Assembly (NCBI GenBank): GCA_036172245.1
Contig: JAYWIR010000012.1
Location: 1,550,001-1,614,000, forward strand
Direction: 5' to 3'
DNA from: Raillietiella orientalis
Taxonomy: Eukaryota
DNA: 64,000 nucleotides
Positions 37,676-49,049 of the stretch are shown piece after piece. A model generated the notes under the pieces. The model did not search any database. It saw nothing but the letters and a program-made list of their open reading frames with translations, and was not told the DNA's origin. The position numbers and the translations under genes were made by a program. The stretch's first letter is position 1, and each line of letters begins with the position of its first letter.

Positions 37676-38427
37676 ATTTTTTGGCGCCATCAGAGAGTTC
37701 TGAAGAGCTGTTCGCCCCCTCAGGGAGAGGGGGCGCACGAAGCTCTTTGACACTTCACCCAGGGTGCGTGTGATGTTTCAAGTTATAGGGGGTCACTCCA
37801 GAGGAACCACTCCATGAATCCAGGAAGATTCTGAAAAACGAGTCCGTTTCTCTCTTACGGCTGGAAGGAGACCCTGGAGGAACCCTCTTCCTCATTCTCT
37901 CCGAAGGGACCCCGCGGTGGGGGGCATCCCTGATTTCTTCTCCGATGGGAACTCTGAAAGGATCATCTCCTGGAATTCTTGTTTCGGAGGGAACCGCTCC
38001 TTGTTTCTTCCTCCGATGAGACCTCCGAAGGCATGTTCCCAATTTTTCTGAAGGATCCGCTACCAGAGGGAAGCAGCTCACTTCCTGACGCTCTGGAGAG
38101 ACGTCAACCAACCGGCTCCGTAGTAGGTGATGGCGCCACTCCATTTCCACAACCGGAAGGAACTCTGAAGAGAAGCGGCTTCGTGATTCCTGGAATCCCC
38201 TCGGGGAGTCGACTCCCAATCCAGACCAGGGGAATCCGGTTTCCGTCTGCCACCAGTGCCGCACCTGAAGCCTGCGGACCAACCAGAGCCATCTCGAGAG
38301 GACACTCGAAATGCACGACGCATTCCCTGTTCTCGGCGACAACCCACTCTCCCTCAGGTGGAATTCGAACCCGCAACTGTCGCTGTACCACGCACGGACA
38401 TCGTGGCCACACACCCGCGTTGGCGGG
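37676..38427 (-). mobile_element. SINE copy 5
   Basis: rc GCGGGTTCGAATTCCACC (~38357-38374), shared body and tail. Confidence 0.85.
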
Positions 38428-38599
38428 AGGCTTCACCCGGTCGTTTTCGAGTGGCTCGTCCCGTGTTCCCTTCCTCAAGAGCGTGTTGCTCGAGTTGAGC
38501 TCACGCCGACATGCGGCGGGGTGACTCTGCTGTGCCCACCTTGTATTCCCGTGAGACGGGAACGGGAATTGTGTTTGTTTGTTTGCACCTCTTCCGGAA

Positions 38600-40400
38600 C
38601 ACGTCATCCGTCAGAAAAGTGTTTTCGAGTGCTGCCGATTAGTGGCATTCCACTGTGGCATGCCTTTGGAAAACAGGCTGGGATTTTGCCGCAGTTCCTG
38701 ATTCCAACCACCCTTTGGATAATTCCTTGTGAGAATGACCCTATGCGGTGCTGCTTTCTTTGCTTCTTCATTGTCGCTCTTTTCGTTGCTTGTGATGAAG
38801 AGGACAGTCATCGTCCTTACCATAGGATTGCATCCGGGAACGTTGCCGTTCCTTTCAAACAATCCATCCCGGTTTCCCATCCCTGCACTGGTCTGCAGGC
38901 TCGTCGCCGCCTCCGGATCTTAGCGGAGTTCGGGTGAGCACGTGGACCTCCGTTTCCTAATCTCCATACGCCGAGCAGAGCCCGCCTTGTGCATTCTTCG
39001 CGCAGCACTTGATCTTCCATCTACTGATTATTTATCCGTGATGGAGCAGGAGGGCGTCTTTCGGTGTGTCCCGTTGTAGGTCCCTCCTCGAGAACATTTC
39101 TCCAAACACTCGCAGCTTCACAAGTTGCATCCCGAAGCGGCTGGCGCCGTGGAGAAGGCGTTGCCTTCCTTGTGTGCACGAAATATCTGATCGCGGATGC
39201 CGGCATTGGTCGTCAGCATCGACGTACTGTTTGTACGGGTTTTTTAAACGTGAGCGTGCCCTGTAGATGAGTATTCCTTTCATCTGTTGCGTGTATGTTG
39301 CCACTGATGGCGAAATGTTCCTTGTCTTGGATTTTGAAGGTGCACCCTTGGCATATCAACAGCCGCGTTTCCCATGGAACAGGGAGGAATCCAGGAGTCA
39401 CCAAGGTCAGTTCTGCTTTCCATATCTCCTTGCTGCTAGGCACGAGTTCAAATCGAGGAATGGTTACCAGTGCTCTTGGACGTAAGATCGATGTTTACTC
39501 ACTCTTTTATTCGGCTTACAGGGCTATCATCAAACCAGTTGACTTGCGCAATAACTTTGTGAAAGAAGTTCACAGGGAATGACTACTGGCACTCAGGGCA
39601 GCTTTTAGAGAAATCCGGAAAAGGAACGGATAATAAAGAAAATGAAAGAAGAGGGAGGAAATGGGCAGGAGTCTTTGGTTTCAGCTGCTTATTTCTTCCT
39701 GCAGCTGGTGCCGAAAGCTGACGATCTCCCTGGCAACTGCTACTTGCAGGTTTGGCCATCTTGCAGCCATACTCATCAAGACGTCTGCAGTACGAGTGGC
39801 CTCCTTTCCCTGCGAGCGAGGCTCCATCGCGAAGCTCTCTGCGACGATTGAGGGAACTCAACAGGTCGTTGCGATCACGGCACCTGTCGTCAGCCTGCCT
39901 TGCGTGAAGCATTTCCGCAGCAAGTCCCGAGTGACGTCCTCCGGGTGACGTGATGCCGGAGCGAGTGTCCGCCGCATGTCCGCCAGGATACTGCAGACCA
40001 TCAGAGGATTCAGGGCTTTAAGCGAACCTCTAATCTCTTCTCGCCGCTTCTTCTCGCGAGCGCGTCCCGCAGATGGGACTTTTTGCCTGCTCTTGGTGAA
40101 ACGACAGGTTTCCTTCAGGAGGCCAAACGCTGCAGATGGCGCAAACTCTCGGGCACCTTGATGATGACTGCTCTCTTTTGCGCCAAGGTGAGCACGATGG
40201 AAAGGGATGAGGCTGGGCTGAACGGGAGCATGGGCGGGGGGAAGAGATGCCACGAATAGCGTGTCCAGCCGCGCTGCATTGAAGGCGCATTTTGATGAGT
40301 CGCTTCGAGGAAGCTTAAGGAACGCACGTAGCTGATTCAGATGCAGAATCCTCTTCCTCTTCTCGTCCAGCTGCTTGGAGTGCTGAACGACAAAAGACCT
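38600..40400 (-). mobile_element. Two or more decayed LINE ORF2 fragments
   Basis: HRVILTRNYPKGGWN (~38700-38750); RDLLRKCFTQGRLTTG (~39880-39930). Confidence 0.4.
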
Positions 40401-40949
40401 GCGCTTCCTCACGATCCCTTCATTGGATGAATTGGAAAATCAGAAAGAAGCCTGAAGCTCTGGTAGCCAAGTTTCGGCATCAACAGAAGCAGAAGAAATC
40501 AGTCCAGAGGTGCGTCATGAACCTTTTCGAAGCCTCGGTGAGTCTAAGCCAATCGAAAGCAATTGGTGCTCTGGTTCCTGACTCCAAAGATCAGGAACTC
40601 CTCAACAAGACGCCAGTGAGCGATCTTTAATTCGAGTTTCCTTCAGTCGGATTTTTCCTCGGGACAGCGCGCTGTCAGGGGCGACTCCCATTTTCTCAAC
40701 GGGTTCATTGCAATGTGAAAACGCTTTTGTTGTAACAATGCATCTGGAGCCTTCTCAAGTCTGAAGGCCGATCCTCTATAGTGGTGCAGATCTCGACGTC
40801 CCTGGAACTCTTCATTGCTAAATTTAAGGCGCTGAAGAGGAGTAATGCGGATTCTTTTCTCAAGTAGCGGCTCCGAGGCGCGCGAAGTTCTGCCGATGGG
40901 CTGTCGAAAGGGCAGCAACCACAGGAAGCACCTTGGCAGCTCCCTCGAG

Positions 40950-42430
40950 AAGCCTCGGATGCGCAGCTCTGGCCTCATGCCGTGGCGGCGGTAAGGAAAA
41001 CCGGGCCATCCCCGGAGACAGAGGAGAGCAGCCAACCCCCCTCTCCTTCAGCTCTCCGCGAGCTCGTGGGTGGCAAGGGAAAGGAGGAACGTGGCCAGAA
41101 AGCGGATTCCGCCGATTCGTAGAATCGCCCAGTATCCGTAAATCTCGGAGCGGGGCATCTTCACTCGGAGCCGTCTTCTGGGATTCCCAGCCCTGGGAGC
41201 ACTGCGCCCAAACACCCGACGTCCTCCAGAGTCCGGTCGGCCATTTGCTGAATAACGACCGTCCGTGGCTAAGAAGCCTGCGGTGAGATAAGCTCTGGGG
41301 TCTATTCCAGAAAGCATCATCCTTCATCCGCAGATGCTTGCTGAAGACCTTCAGTCTGGCAATGATTGTGTCTCCTCCTACAGCAATGCCCCTTTAGAAC
41401 CGATCCCTGTAATCCCTATCTTGTCCGTGCTAATCTAGGCTTCCCTTGATGCAGAGGCATCCCTGATCAAAAGGTAGTAGAAGGGCGCAAGCGTCAGTTC
41501 AGAAAGACTGCTGGGAATCCTCTTCCGGCGGCGGTGAAGAGCGTGAGAACTCCCTCCCGTCCTGTCAAGGTCAGCTGATGGCACTGAGGATCTTGTGCCT
41601 ACGGCAATGAGATCTTCCAGCGGCCCGGTCGTTGGGAGGGTCGGCTCCGCTTCCCTCGGCAGCACGCTGATAGAGGAGCACGTGAACTGAGGGCGCTCCG
41701 CAAAAGTAGAACCACGTAGAACCCGTAGAAAGACGGGAAGGCGTGAAGCCGACCAAAGAAGGAGCATCCTCGCGTCCCTCGTCTCACGTAGACGAAATCC
41801 AACATGGGGAGGGGAACGCCTATGGATGTCTGCTTCTCCCTCCTGGTTCCTCGCATCGAGCGAGGTCAGGAGGAAAGCCCGGGAGTTTCCGAAGAGCCCC
41901 ACCGCCGCTGAGCGTGGCAGTGCTCACGAGGCACGCGGCTGCTGGACTACTGGACATCTCGGGAAATCGGCCAAATGCTCGAAGACTTTCTGACCGGTCC
42001 TCTCGTCGCTACTGGCTGTACTGCTTGCTCGGAGCTGTCCCTGGAAGCCTCGAGCGAAGTCCGGGGAGCTGCGGCCGAAAGCCTCCGCACTTCGCCTTGA
42101 AGCCATGCTGGATTTTTCCGAGCCCCCTTTCATCTTTCCGAAGGTGCTTTCCTCTGGGAAAACAGCTCTTCCGAGCATTCTGTACGGATTGCATCTTAAT
42201 TCGTCTCCACTCTGTGCTCCTGAATTCTCCCGAATCTCCTTTGTGATAGATCAGATGTGCATCTTGCGGGCGTGGGCGGTGAATGTCTTCCGGATCATTT
42301 GTCAGCCCATGCGTGAAAGGCGCAGCCCCGGACCAAGGTTCCTCTTCAAAGCAGATTCCGATGAAAAAGCAGCAAAGCGTGGACTGAGGGACGGACGAGC
42401 CGCTGGCGCATTCCCATCAGCCTCTTCGAT
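40950..42430 (-). mobile_element. Decayed L1/Tx1-type LINE ORF2, copy K
   Basis: GMRQ..LSPRFA (~42370-42415), FTAHARKMHI (YADD relic), NARKSCFPRG (cf. INARKSQLLPRG in copy E), RSPPHVGFRL and LSHRRLLSHGR. Confidence 0.65.
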
Positions 42431-42779
42431 GGAGTCATAATGGAATAGGCTTATTTATTCAAATGTGGGAGTCCGAATGGTCTCGGGAGGAGGGGAAGGA
42501 GAACGGGGAGCGAACCGTTCCTGAGCAAGGAGTTCCGCCTTGCCTTCCCTACCTCTTCCGGAACGGGGCAGGCATCAAATCCCTGTGTTCCTTCCGCCAT
42601 GAGTAGCAACTCGAAACTTTAACAGTCGTGAAGATAAGACCTTGCGGTCATCTCCGAACAGCCGACCATCGCGCGACGGATATCGAATGGCTACTAGCGA
42701 TCGTTGATCCTCGATTCCCCAGCAGGATAGAGCTGGCTGGCCTGTAGGCTTCGGGTGAGACGACACTGGTTGACACCCG

Positions 42780-43240
42780 GTCACGTAGGGACATTTATTT
42801 ATAAAATGAACATACATATCTGTGGCAGGACGTTTGAAGCTGCCACGTTATTTATAACTACGAGAAGGAATCTGCCGGGAACTGGCACACAGGACAGCGG
42901 GTCTTCTCGGCAGCACAAAAAGGGAGACAAATAAAAAAATAAAAAAATAAAACAGAAAACATACAGTCAAAAAATGGGGGGTTCCGGAAGGGATCACTGA
43001 GTGCTGGATGGGGCCTTCTGCATCCTTGTAAAGATGCCCGCAATTTCATGTTTCAATACACCAAATGAGACCATCCTGACCCTGTCTTCATGAAGAGGAT
43101 AGCAAAATAGGCGACGTCTCTGTCGTTCGGGCCTTCTCTGGCGTTGCTCTATGCAGCCTCAATCCCGCGTAGGTAGCCAAGAGCTGCTAGGGATGCGGCC
43201 GGCGTGAGGGCATAGCGCAGGAAGAGGCGCTTCAAGTGTC
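42780..43240 (-). mobile_element. LINE 3' end, same family as copy C (copy D)
   Basis: 43110-43242 aligns with 29880-30013 (CAATCCC.CGTAGGTAGC.AAG.GCTGCTAG..GAGGCGCTT); T-rich UTR. Confidence 0.75.
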
Positions 43241-43865
43241 TCTGGCGGCACTGGTGAAAGCCGGAAACCCCTGGGTCCCCCCGATTGACTGGCCAGGATT
43301 GGAAGTTGATCTTTCTGGACTCCTCCAGGAATCAAGAAGTCCTTCGGGGTTTCTATCCGGCTGTGGAAATAGAACCGCCCCCTACTTCAAGGGGACCCTC
43401 CATTGCGTTGCATGGAGCTGCTTAATCCCCTTCGGAGGGTGCCTCTTCACTGCATTGAAAGGTGCTGCTGCCCTCGGGGTTCTCTTCAGAGGAAGATGCA
43501 AGGAGCATTTGCCCTCCGGATGACCGCTTTTTGCATCCGGGTTCCGTCCGGAGAAGAAATTCCAAAAGCGGATCCTTTCCGGGTTCCCTGCAGAGTAGGA
43601 ATGAGGAATGACCACCTTTGGGGGTCTCCCTCCGGAGAGAATAAGGAGCAGCTTCCTTTCAGTGTTCCCTTCGGAGACAATCAGGCTGGAGGATCCCTTG
43701 GAGTGAGAGGAACGGACTCCTTCCTCCGGAGCACTGAATTCCTGAATTCATGGGGTGCTTTCCTTCCCCCTAACTCGTGGAGCTGCACGCGCCCGGGTGG
43801 CGCTGGCTGAGTTGAAGAGCTTCTTGACCTGTAGGGGGAACGCTTCTTCGGCACTCGGCGATCCT
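43241..43865 (+). mobile_element. SINE copy 6 (head missing)
   Basis: Body from GGCACTGGTGAAAGCCGGAAACCC through the tandem block and GAGAGGAACGGACTCCTTCC to degenerate 3' hairpins. Confidence 0.8.
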
Positions 43866-43899
43866 TGATTGCGCGTTGCCTTCGCATCCTCCGTTTCCG

Positions 43900-44350
43900 T
43901 TTGAAAAGCGAAACCAATCTGGGAAACCACAAAGCGAGCCACGCTCTGCCACGACGAAGTGCTTATTTCAGGGGGAAGAGGGATGAAGTTTTCGGATGCT
44001 GACACCTAGCTCCACCCCCCGAGGGCCGTGCTAACAAAGAACGATTCCATCATCCTCAGTTCGATTCTTTGCGAACGCAGCGAGCCGCCAGCATTCATCC
44101 AGGGAGCTCTCAGGAACAATTCTGGAAAATGCTCCGGGGTTCCTGCAAAGGCAGGCGAGTGCAGGAGGAGCTGCACCGTCGTTGTTCGTCAAGAAATGGG
44201 ATATTGATTTAGTGCAAACGGGACTCCCGAAAGGAACGCATTTCGGGCCTTCGCATCCGCAACACTCCGCGGGGGAATTTTCCAGAAAGTGTTTCTTCAA
44301 CGCGCGCTTTGGAGGACATGTTTGTTCCTCCTATGTGTCCAGTCGGCGCG
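43900..44350 (-). mobile_element. LINE ORF2 thumb fragment
   Basis: KARVEETLSGKFPRGVLRMRRPE (GGL-like). Confidence 0.35.
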
Positions 44351-44699
44351 ATGTTGATTCTTGACTGTGGATCCGGGGAAGCCAGCCGGCGCTCGCAGCA
44401 CCATCCTCAATGCTTTCAGTGAAGCATGGCCCCGCGAAACGGGTCAATGTGAGATGCTGCCTCCTTTTCTTGTAAGTGCAGTATCACTAGTCGCTCACTA
44501 TCAGTAGGGATTGCTTTGTTATTCTTCATCCTCAAGGTAAGCCGGACTCTGCCTACTTACATTGCGGGTGCACAAAAAATGGCTGTGCCGTTCTCGTGGA
44601 AGACCGGAGCGTGCCTTCTGCTATCCACCAAAGGTTCGCGCGTCCGCTGGACACGCAGAGTCGCCCGTGTGTAAACTCAAGTGGCTCATGTGGGATATT

Positions 44700-46000
44700 T
44701 CGACCACACCGTGCGTGAGATAGTTTCAAAGTTCAGGAGAGCACGGGGACGTTGAGGCTGCCTGAAAGCCAACGGAGGAGCAGAAGTGACGATCTCCTAG
44801 CCAGAAGAAAGCAACCCGAAAGTTGCAAGACGAGGAAGCTTACGACGGACGACGCATTTCGAACAGCTGTTGACTTCAGCTTCCGTTTAAAATTCAGGGA
44901 TTGCTTCCATGTTCTCCGGAAAATTCCCGTTCCCAATTCTCGATCTGATGTCTTGAAACGACGGCAGAAGAGCCAGCTGGCCCTTACTGCAAACTCTGGA
45001 AATTCAAAAAAAGGGACAGGAAGAGTCGCTCGCCAGGTAGGAGGCCCCAATGAGGAAACTCTGCCATGATACAAAAGGAGACGCGGAAAGTAGTTTCGGC
45101 GACTCCAATCAAAACCTTCATTTTAGGTTTTTGGATATCAACCTTCTTCAACACAGTTTTTCTTTTTGCATTTAGGAAGCTGCTCTGCAGCTCTTGAGAT
45201 GCCAGGATTTCCTTTGAGAGTAAACTATGTCAACATCTTACCCTGTGAGCTTTTTGGTGCTGCTATGGTAAGCGATTACCAGTTTTGAGGTGCTCTCCTT
45301 CTTCAGAAGAGCTTCTTTTATCCTTTTCCAGGGTGCAAGACCGATTTGAGTCTCACGCCCAGGAGACGAGCGGTCTCTAGGCATCCGCCAACTTCTATCC
45401 TGCTCTCACCCGCAACTCGCTTTGAAAGCCGAGAGCAGCAAGAAAAGCGAGAAGCAAGTCGACTGCATCCTGCAGCGGTGCTCGTGGTACCAAAACTTCC
45501 AGACTCCAGAAAGAAACTCTTGAAATGACCATCTTTTGGGTATTTGGATTCAGGAGGCGTCACAGGAGAAATTCCCAGAAAGAGCTGTTTCAACACCTCC
45601 GTCGTCAATGCGACGTCGGTTCTCGATCGCAGATCCGGAGTAGCGAATGCTCGCACCACGATCCGGAGTTGAAGGCTTAAGAGGTGTTTTGACAAATGCA
45701 TCTTTGCCAGTCTTCCTCTTGGCAGTGAATCCTCTCTTGCACTGCGGAAATCGACTGGCCATTTCGCCTCGAGGGAACCGCAAGATTCGTCTGACCCTAA
45801 AGTGGCAGAACTGCAAACACTCTTTGCCAACATCCCTTGAATTCCGGGAAATCATTTGTCGAAGAACGACAAAACACGGATGGAAAGCAGAGCTAGAAGA
45901 GTCACACATGGATTGGTGTTCCGTCGGTGATCATCCCGAATGCGTCGACCATCAAAAAACTGGAATTCCCAATATGGATGCTGCAAAATTCACCTGTTCT
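44700..46000 (-). mobile_element. Decayed LINE ORF2 3' half, copy J1
   Basis: ASILGIPV, DSLPRGRLAKMHLSKHLLSLQLRIVVRA and LLYHGRVSSLG..PFFEFPEFA..LFCRRFK. Confidence 0.6.
45286..45801 (+). repeat. Direct repeat, copy 1 of 2 (partner 48492-49003)
   Basis: About 17 substitutions plus one 4-bp indel over ~512 bp by eye. Confidence 0.95.
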
Positions 46001-46199
46001 CAATGTTTTCTTTGCTTATTTGAAGGTGTGAGATGGAAGGCTGCCGAAAGACTGCTGTAAGCATTTATGAATGAAGAATGCCACCCGCTTATTCATACAA
46101 ATGACCAAAACCGCATCCCTTTAGTATTGATCAGAGGAACTGTTTCAAAGCATCGTTACAGCCATGGAACAATAAATACACATACGAACGGCCTGTGAA

Positions 46200-47750
46200 G
46201 CTGCATCAGGAAAGTTCCTTGTGACTACTCCACCTAAACGGACTTTCAACACCACCAAAGAATGTTTCATCTCCGATCACGTCTAAAAGAAGATAGTTTC
46301 CTTCTACTCTTCTTTTTCAGAAGCACCACAGTTGGGGCTAGAATATTTGTTCGTCTCCTAATGGACGACTCCGCTATGCACATGAAGGAAGTCAACTGGA
46401 ATCTGCGAACAGTGAGTGCAGCCTCAAGGAGGAGGTTTGAAGATTCCCAACTGCAAAGCACCCAGATCGAAGGGCAGTAATGACTTGTGTGGAACAGCAT
46501 CGTGCCTCAGGTCAGCTTCCATACAACGGGGATGCCTTAAATTCACGGGACCACAAGATTTATAGAAGGGGATCGACTGCATCACCTGTTTGTACGGGCA
46601 GTAGTGTCTCCTATACTGAGGATGCAGCTGAAAGAACGTCGAGATGTAGAACTCACGTCACGTCCTGGACTGCAACATCCACCGCCAAAGAATGGTCATC
46701 GAACGGGCCGACGGAAATGATCATCATCAATATATTTGCCGTGAAGGACAACCTATCGCTGAGCTCTCCCGCAACCCTTCCCGAGGAAATCCGTTTGCAT
46801 GCTGAAAGGACACTCACCAGCTGGGAAAATGACACGGATCCATTCATCTTAGGAACACGGAGTCCGCTTAAATTCTTGAGAAATGCAAAGCAGCAAGCAG
46901 TGGAATTTCCGAGAGACTCGAGTACTAATGAAACGCCTGAAGCTTCACAAGGCACATTCATGGGGTTTGGACGTGCTCGTCGACCAGAAAATAGAGCAGT
47001 GTGCGTTCCAAGTACCGCTAACTGCTTCTCACTGAACTTGCGATCCGCTATGGTCTACTTCTGGTTCCCTTGGTCGGTTTCTTCGTCAGATGATTGCAAG
47101 CATCACGGCTTCCTCTGAACCAAATTAGGGAGCTGTCACGAAACAGCACGTGGCTGAATAATGAACTTTGTGATGGACTTTCTCGAAAGATGCTACGAAA
47201 AACGAATAAGGCTGAGATGCAAAGATGCGATTCCTCTCCGCAAAGCCCTGTTGATATCTTGACAAATGGAACTCATGACATGTGGAAGACTAAATCCAAC
47301 TTGTAAAAAGCAGCACTTCATCTACGTAGTTTTAAAGATTTCCTTTATGTAGGTCATCCGTGTGAGACATGCCTCCTGGCTGAAAATGGTGTCGATGTTG
47401 CCTTTATGGACGCAACTCCCTGTAGGAGTTCTCCGAAGAAACCCTGAAGAATAAGTCTTTCCACAAGGATTTTACGAAACAATCAAGAAGAATTTAACAT
47501 TTTCTAGTCTCTAGGATGAGTTTCGGCCCAGAGAAATCCTCGCTGTCCAGTGAGCTCCTGATGATAAATGATGAACAACTTCCTGGAACTCATGTTTCAC
47601 TGTGTAGACGTACAGTCCTCCCAAGCGTACATTTCCCAAGCGCACATCACATATTCAAAAAAAAGCACACCTTTGTTGCTATCCCGTTTTCGATTAAAGA
47701 TGCATTTTAGCAGAATGTGACACCGCGATTGTAAATTGCCGATGACAGAG
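46200..47750 (+). mobile_element. Decayed LINE ORF2 (RT C-terminus to Zn motif)
   Basis: VRLLMDDSAM (YADD relic), EMIIINIFA..TLPEEIRLHAERTLTSW..PLKFLRNAK, RCPVSS..LELMFHCVDVQ. Confidence 0.5.
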
Positions 47751-48099
47751 ATGATAGTGGTTGCCACAAACTTTTTCCCTTTTTCTTCTTAGATGAAAAC
47801 TTATCAGGAAACTCGCGGTAGCACATCCCTCTACATTCAGAGCACACCGCTACTCTTCATGAAGAGGCGGTGGATGCATTTCCAAGGAGGAAATTATGCA
47901 ATCTTTCACTTTTTTCCGGGGCAGTCAAGCGTGGGGGAGGAATGGGAGTAGAAAGAAAAAAGAAAAAAAGTCTGCAGTTAACTTATTCGTGTCTTGCAAA
48001 TTTATGCAAAGCCTCCAGAGCTGACAGGAAAAAATCCTTCAGAAGCCCTCTCTCTCTAAGAGGCACTCATAGGTGAAAGAACACTACAGCTGGAAAAAG

Positions 48100-49003
48100 G
48101 TGTCAAACTCACGAGGATGCAACCTCTTAGGAGCGCTGGTTGAGAACAGACCTCCAATTAGAAGTCAAGGGAATCGGCTTCTCCTCTCTCCAGATGCCAA
48201 AATGGAAGAATACACCGAATGCAACAGTCGATAACGAAGTGTCTCTATTCTTTCCCGGTAGGCTGAAATTGCTAGTAACGATCGCATTTGATCTGCCGTT
48301 TGAGAGAGTCTCTCGTCCAAAGACTACTTTCCTTCGAAAAAGATCATCGCAGATCTTGATTGTCAAGGAAGAAATTGCATCTTTCTCAGCGGAATTCTCG
48401 ATTTTAAATAAGAATAGGCAAGAGTTAGGTAGCCGATCACATACGGCGAAGTCGGCTGAGAGAGGCTGATCATGGAAGCAATAATCAGCCGTGAGATGCT
48501 CTTCTTCTTCAAAAGAGCTTCTTTTATCCTTTTCCAGGGTGCAAGACCGATTTGAGTCTCACGCCCAGGAGACGAGCGGTCTCTAGGCATCCGCCAACTT
48601 CTATCCTGCTCTCACCCGCAACTCGCTTTGAAAGCCGAGAGCAGCAAGAAAAGCGAGAAGTCGACTGCATCCTGCAGCGGTGCTCGTAGTATCGAAACTT
48701 CCAGACTCCAGAAAGAAACTCTTGAAATGATCATCTTTTGGGTCTTTGGATTCAGAAGGCGTCACAGGAGAAATTCCCAGAAAGAGCTGTTTCAACACCT
48801 CCGTCGTCAATGCAACGTCCGTTCTCGATCGCAGATCCGGAGTAGCGAATGCTCGCATCACGATCCGGAGTTGAAGGCTTAAGAGGTATTTTGACAAATG
48901 CATCTTTGCCAGTCTTCCTCTTGGCAGTGAATCCTCTCTTGCACTGCGGAAATCGACCGACCATTTCACCTCGAGGGCACCGCAAGATTCGTCTGACCCT
49001 AAA
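48100..49003 (-). mobile_element. LINE ORF2 fragment J2, including direct repeat copy 2 (48492-49003)
   Basis: Near-identical tract to J1 followed by RERIETLRYRLLHSVYSSILASGER (pre-Zn motif). Confidence 0.65.
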
Positions 49004-49049
49004 AGGTTCTCAACCAATCACGTAACTTTGTTAAAAAGAAAATGGAGAC

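Noticed and set aside
37695..37755. Hammerhead ribozyme in the antisense SINE tail (CTGAAGAG..CGAAGC)
   Set aside because: Lacks the invariant GAAA, and GAAGAGC pairs with GCTCTTT as an ordinary stem.
45286..49003. LTR retrotransposon bounded by the 512-bp direct repeats
   Set aside because: No terminal CA, PBS, PPT or gag/pol, and the repeat itself translates as LINE ORF2.
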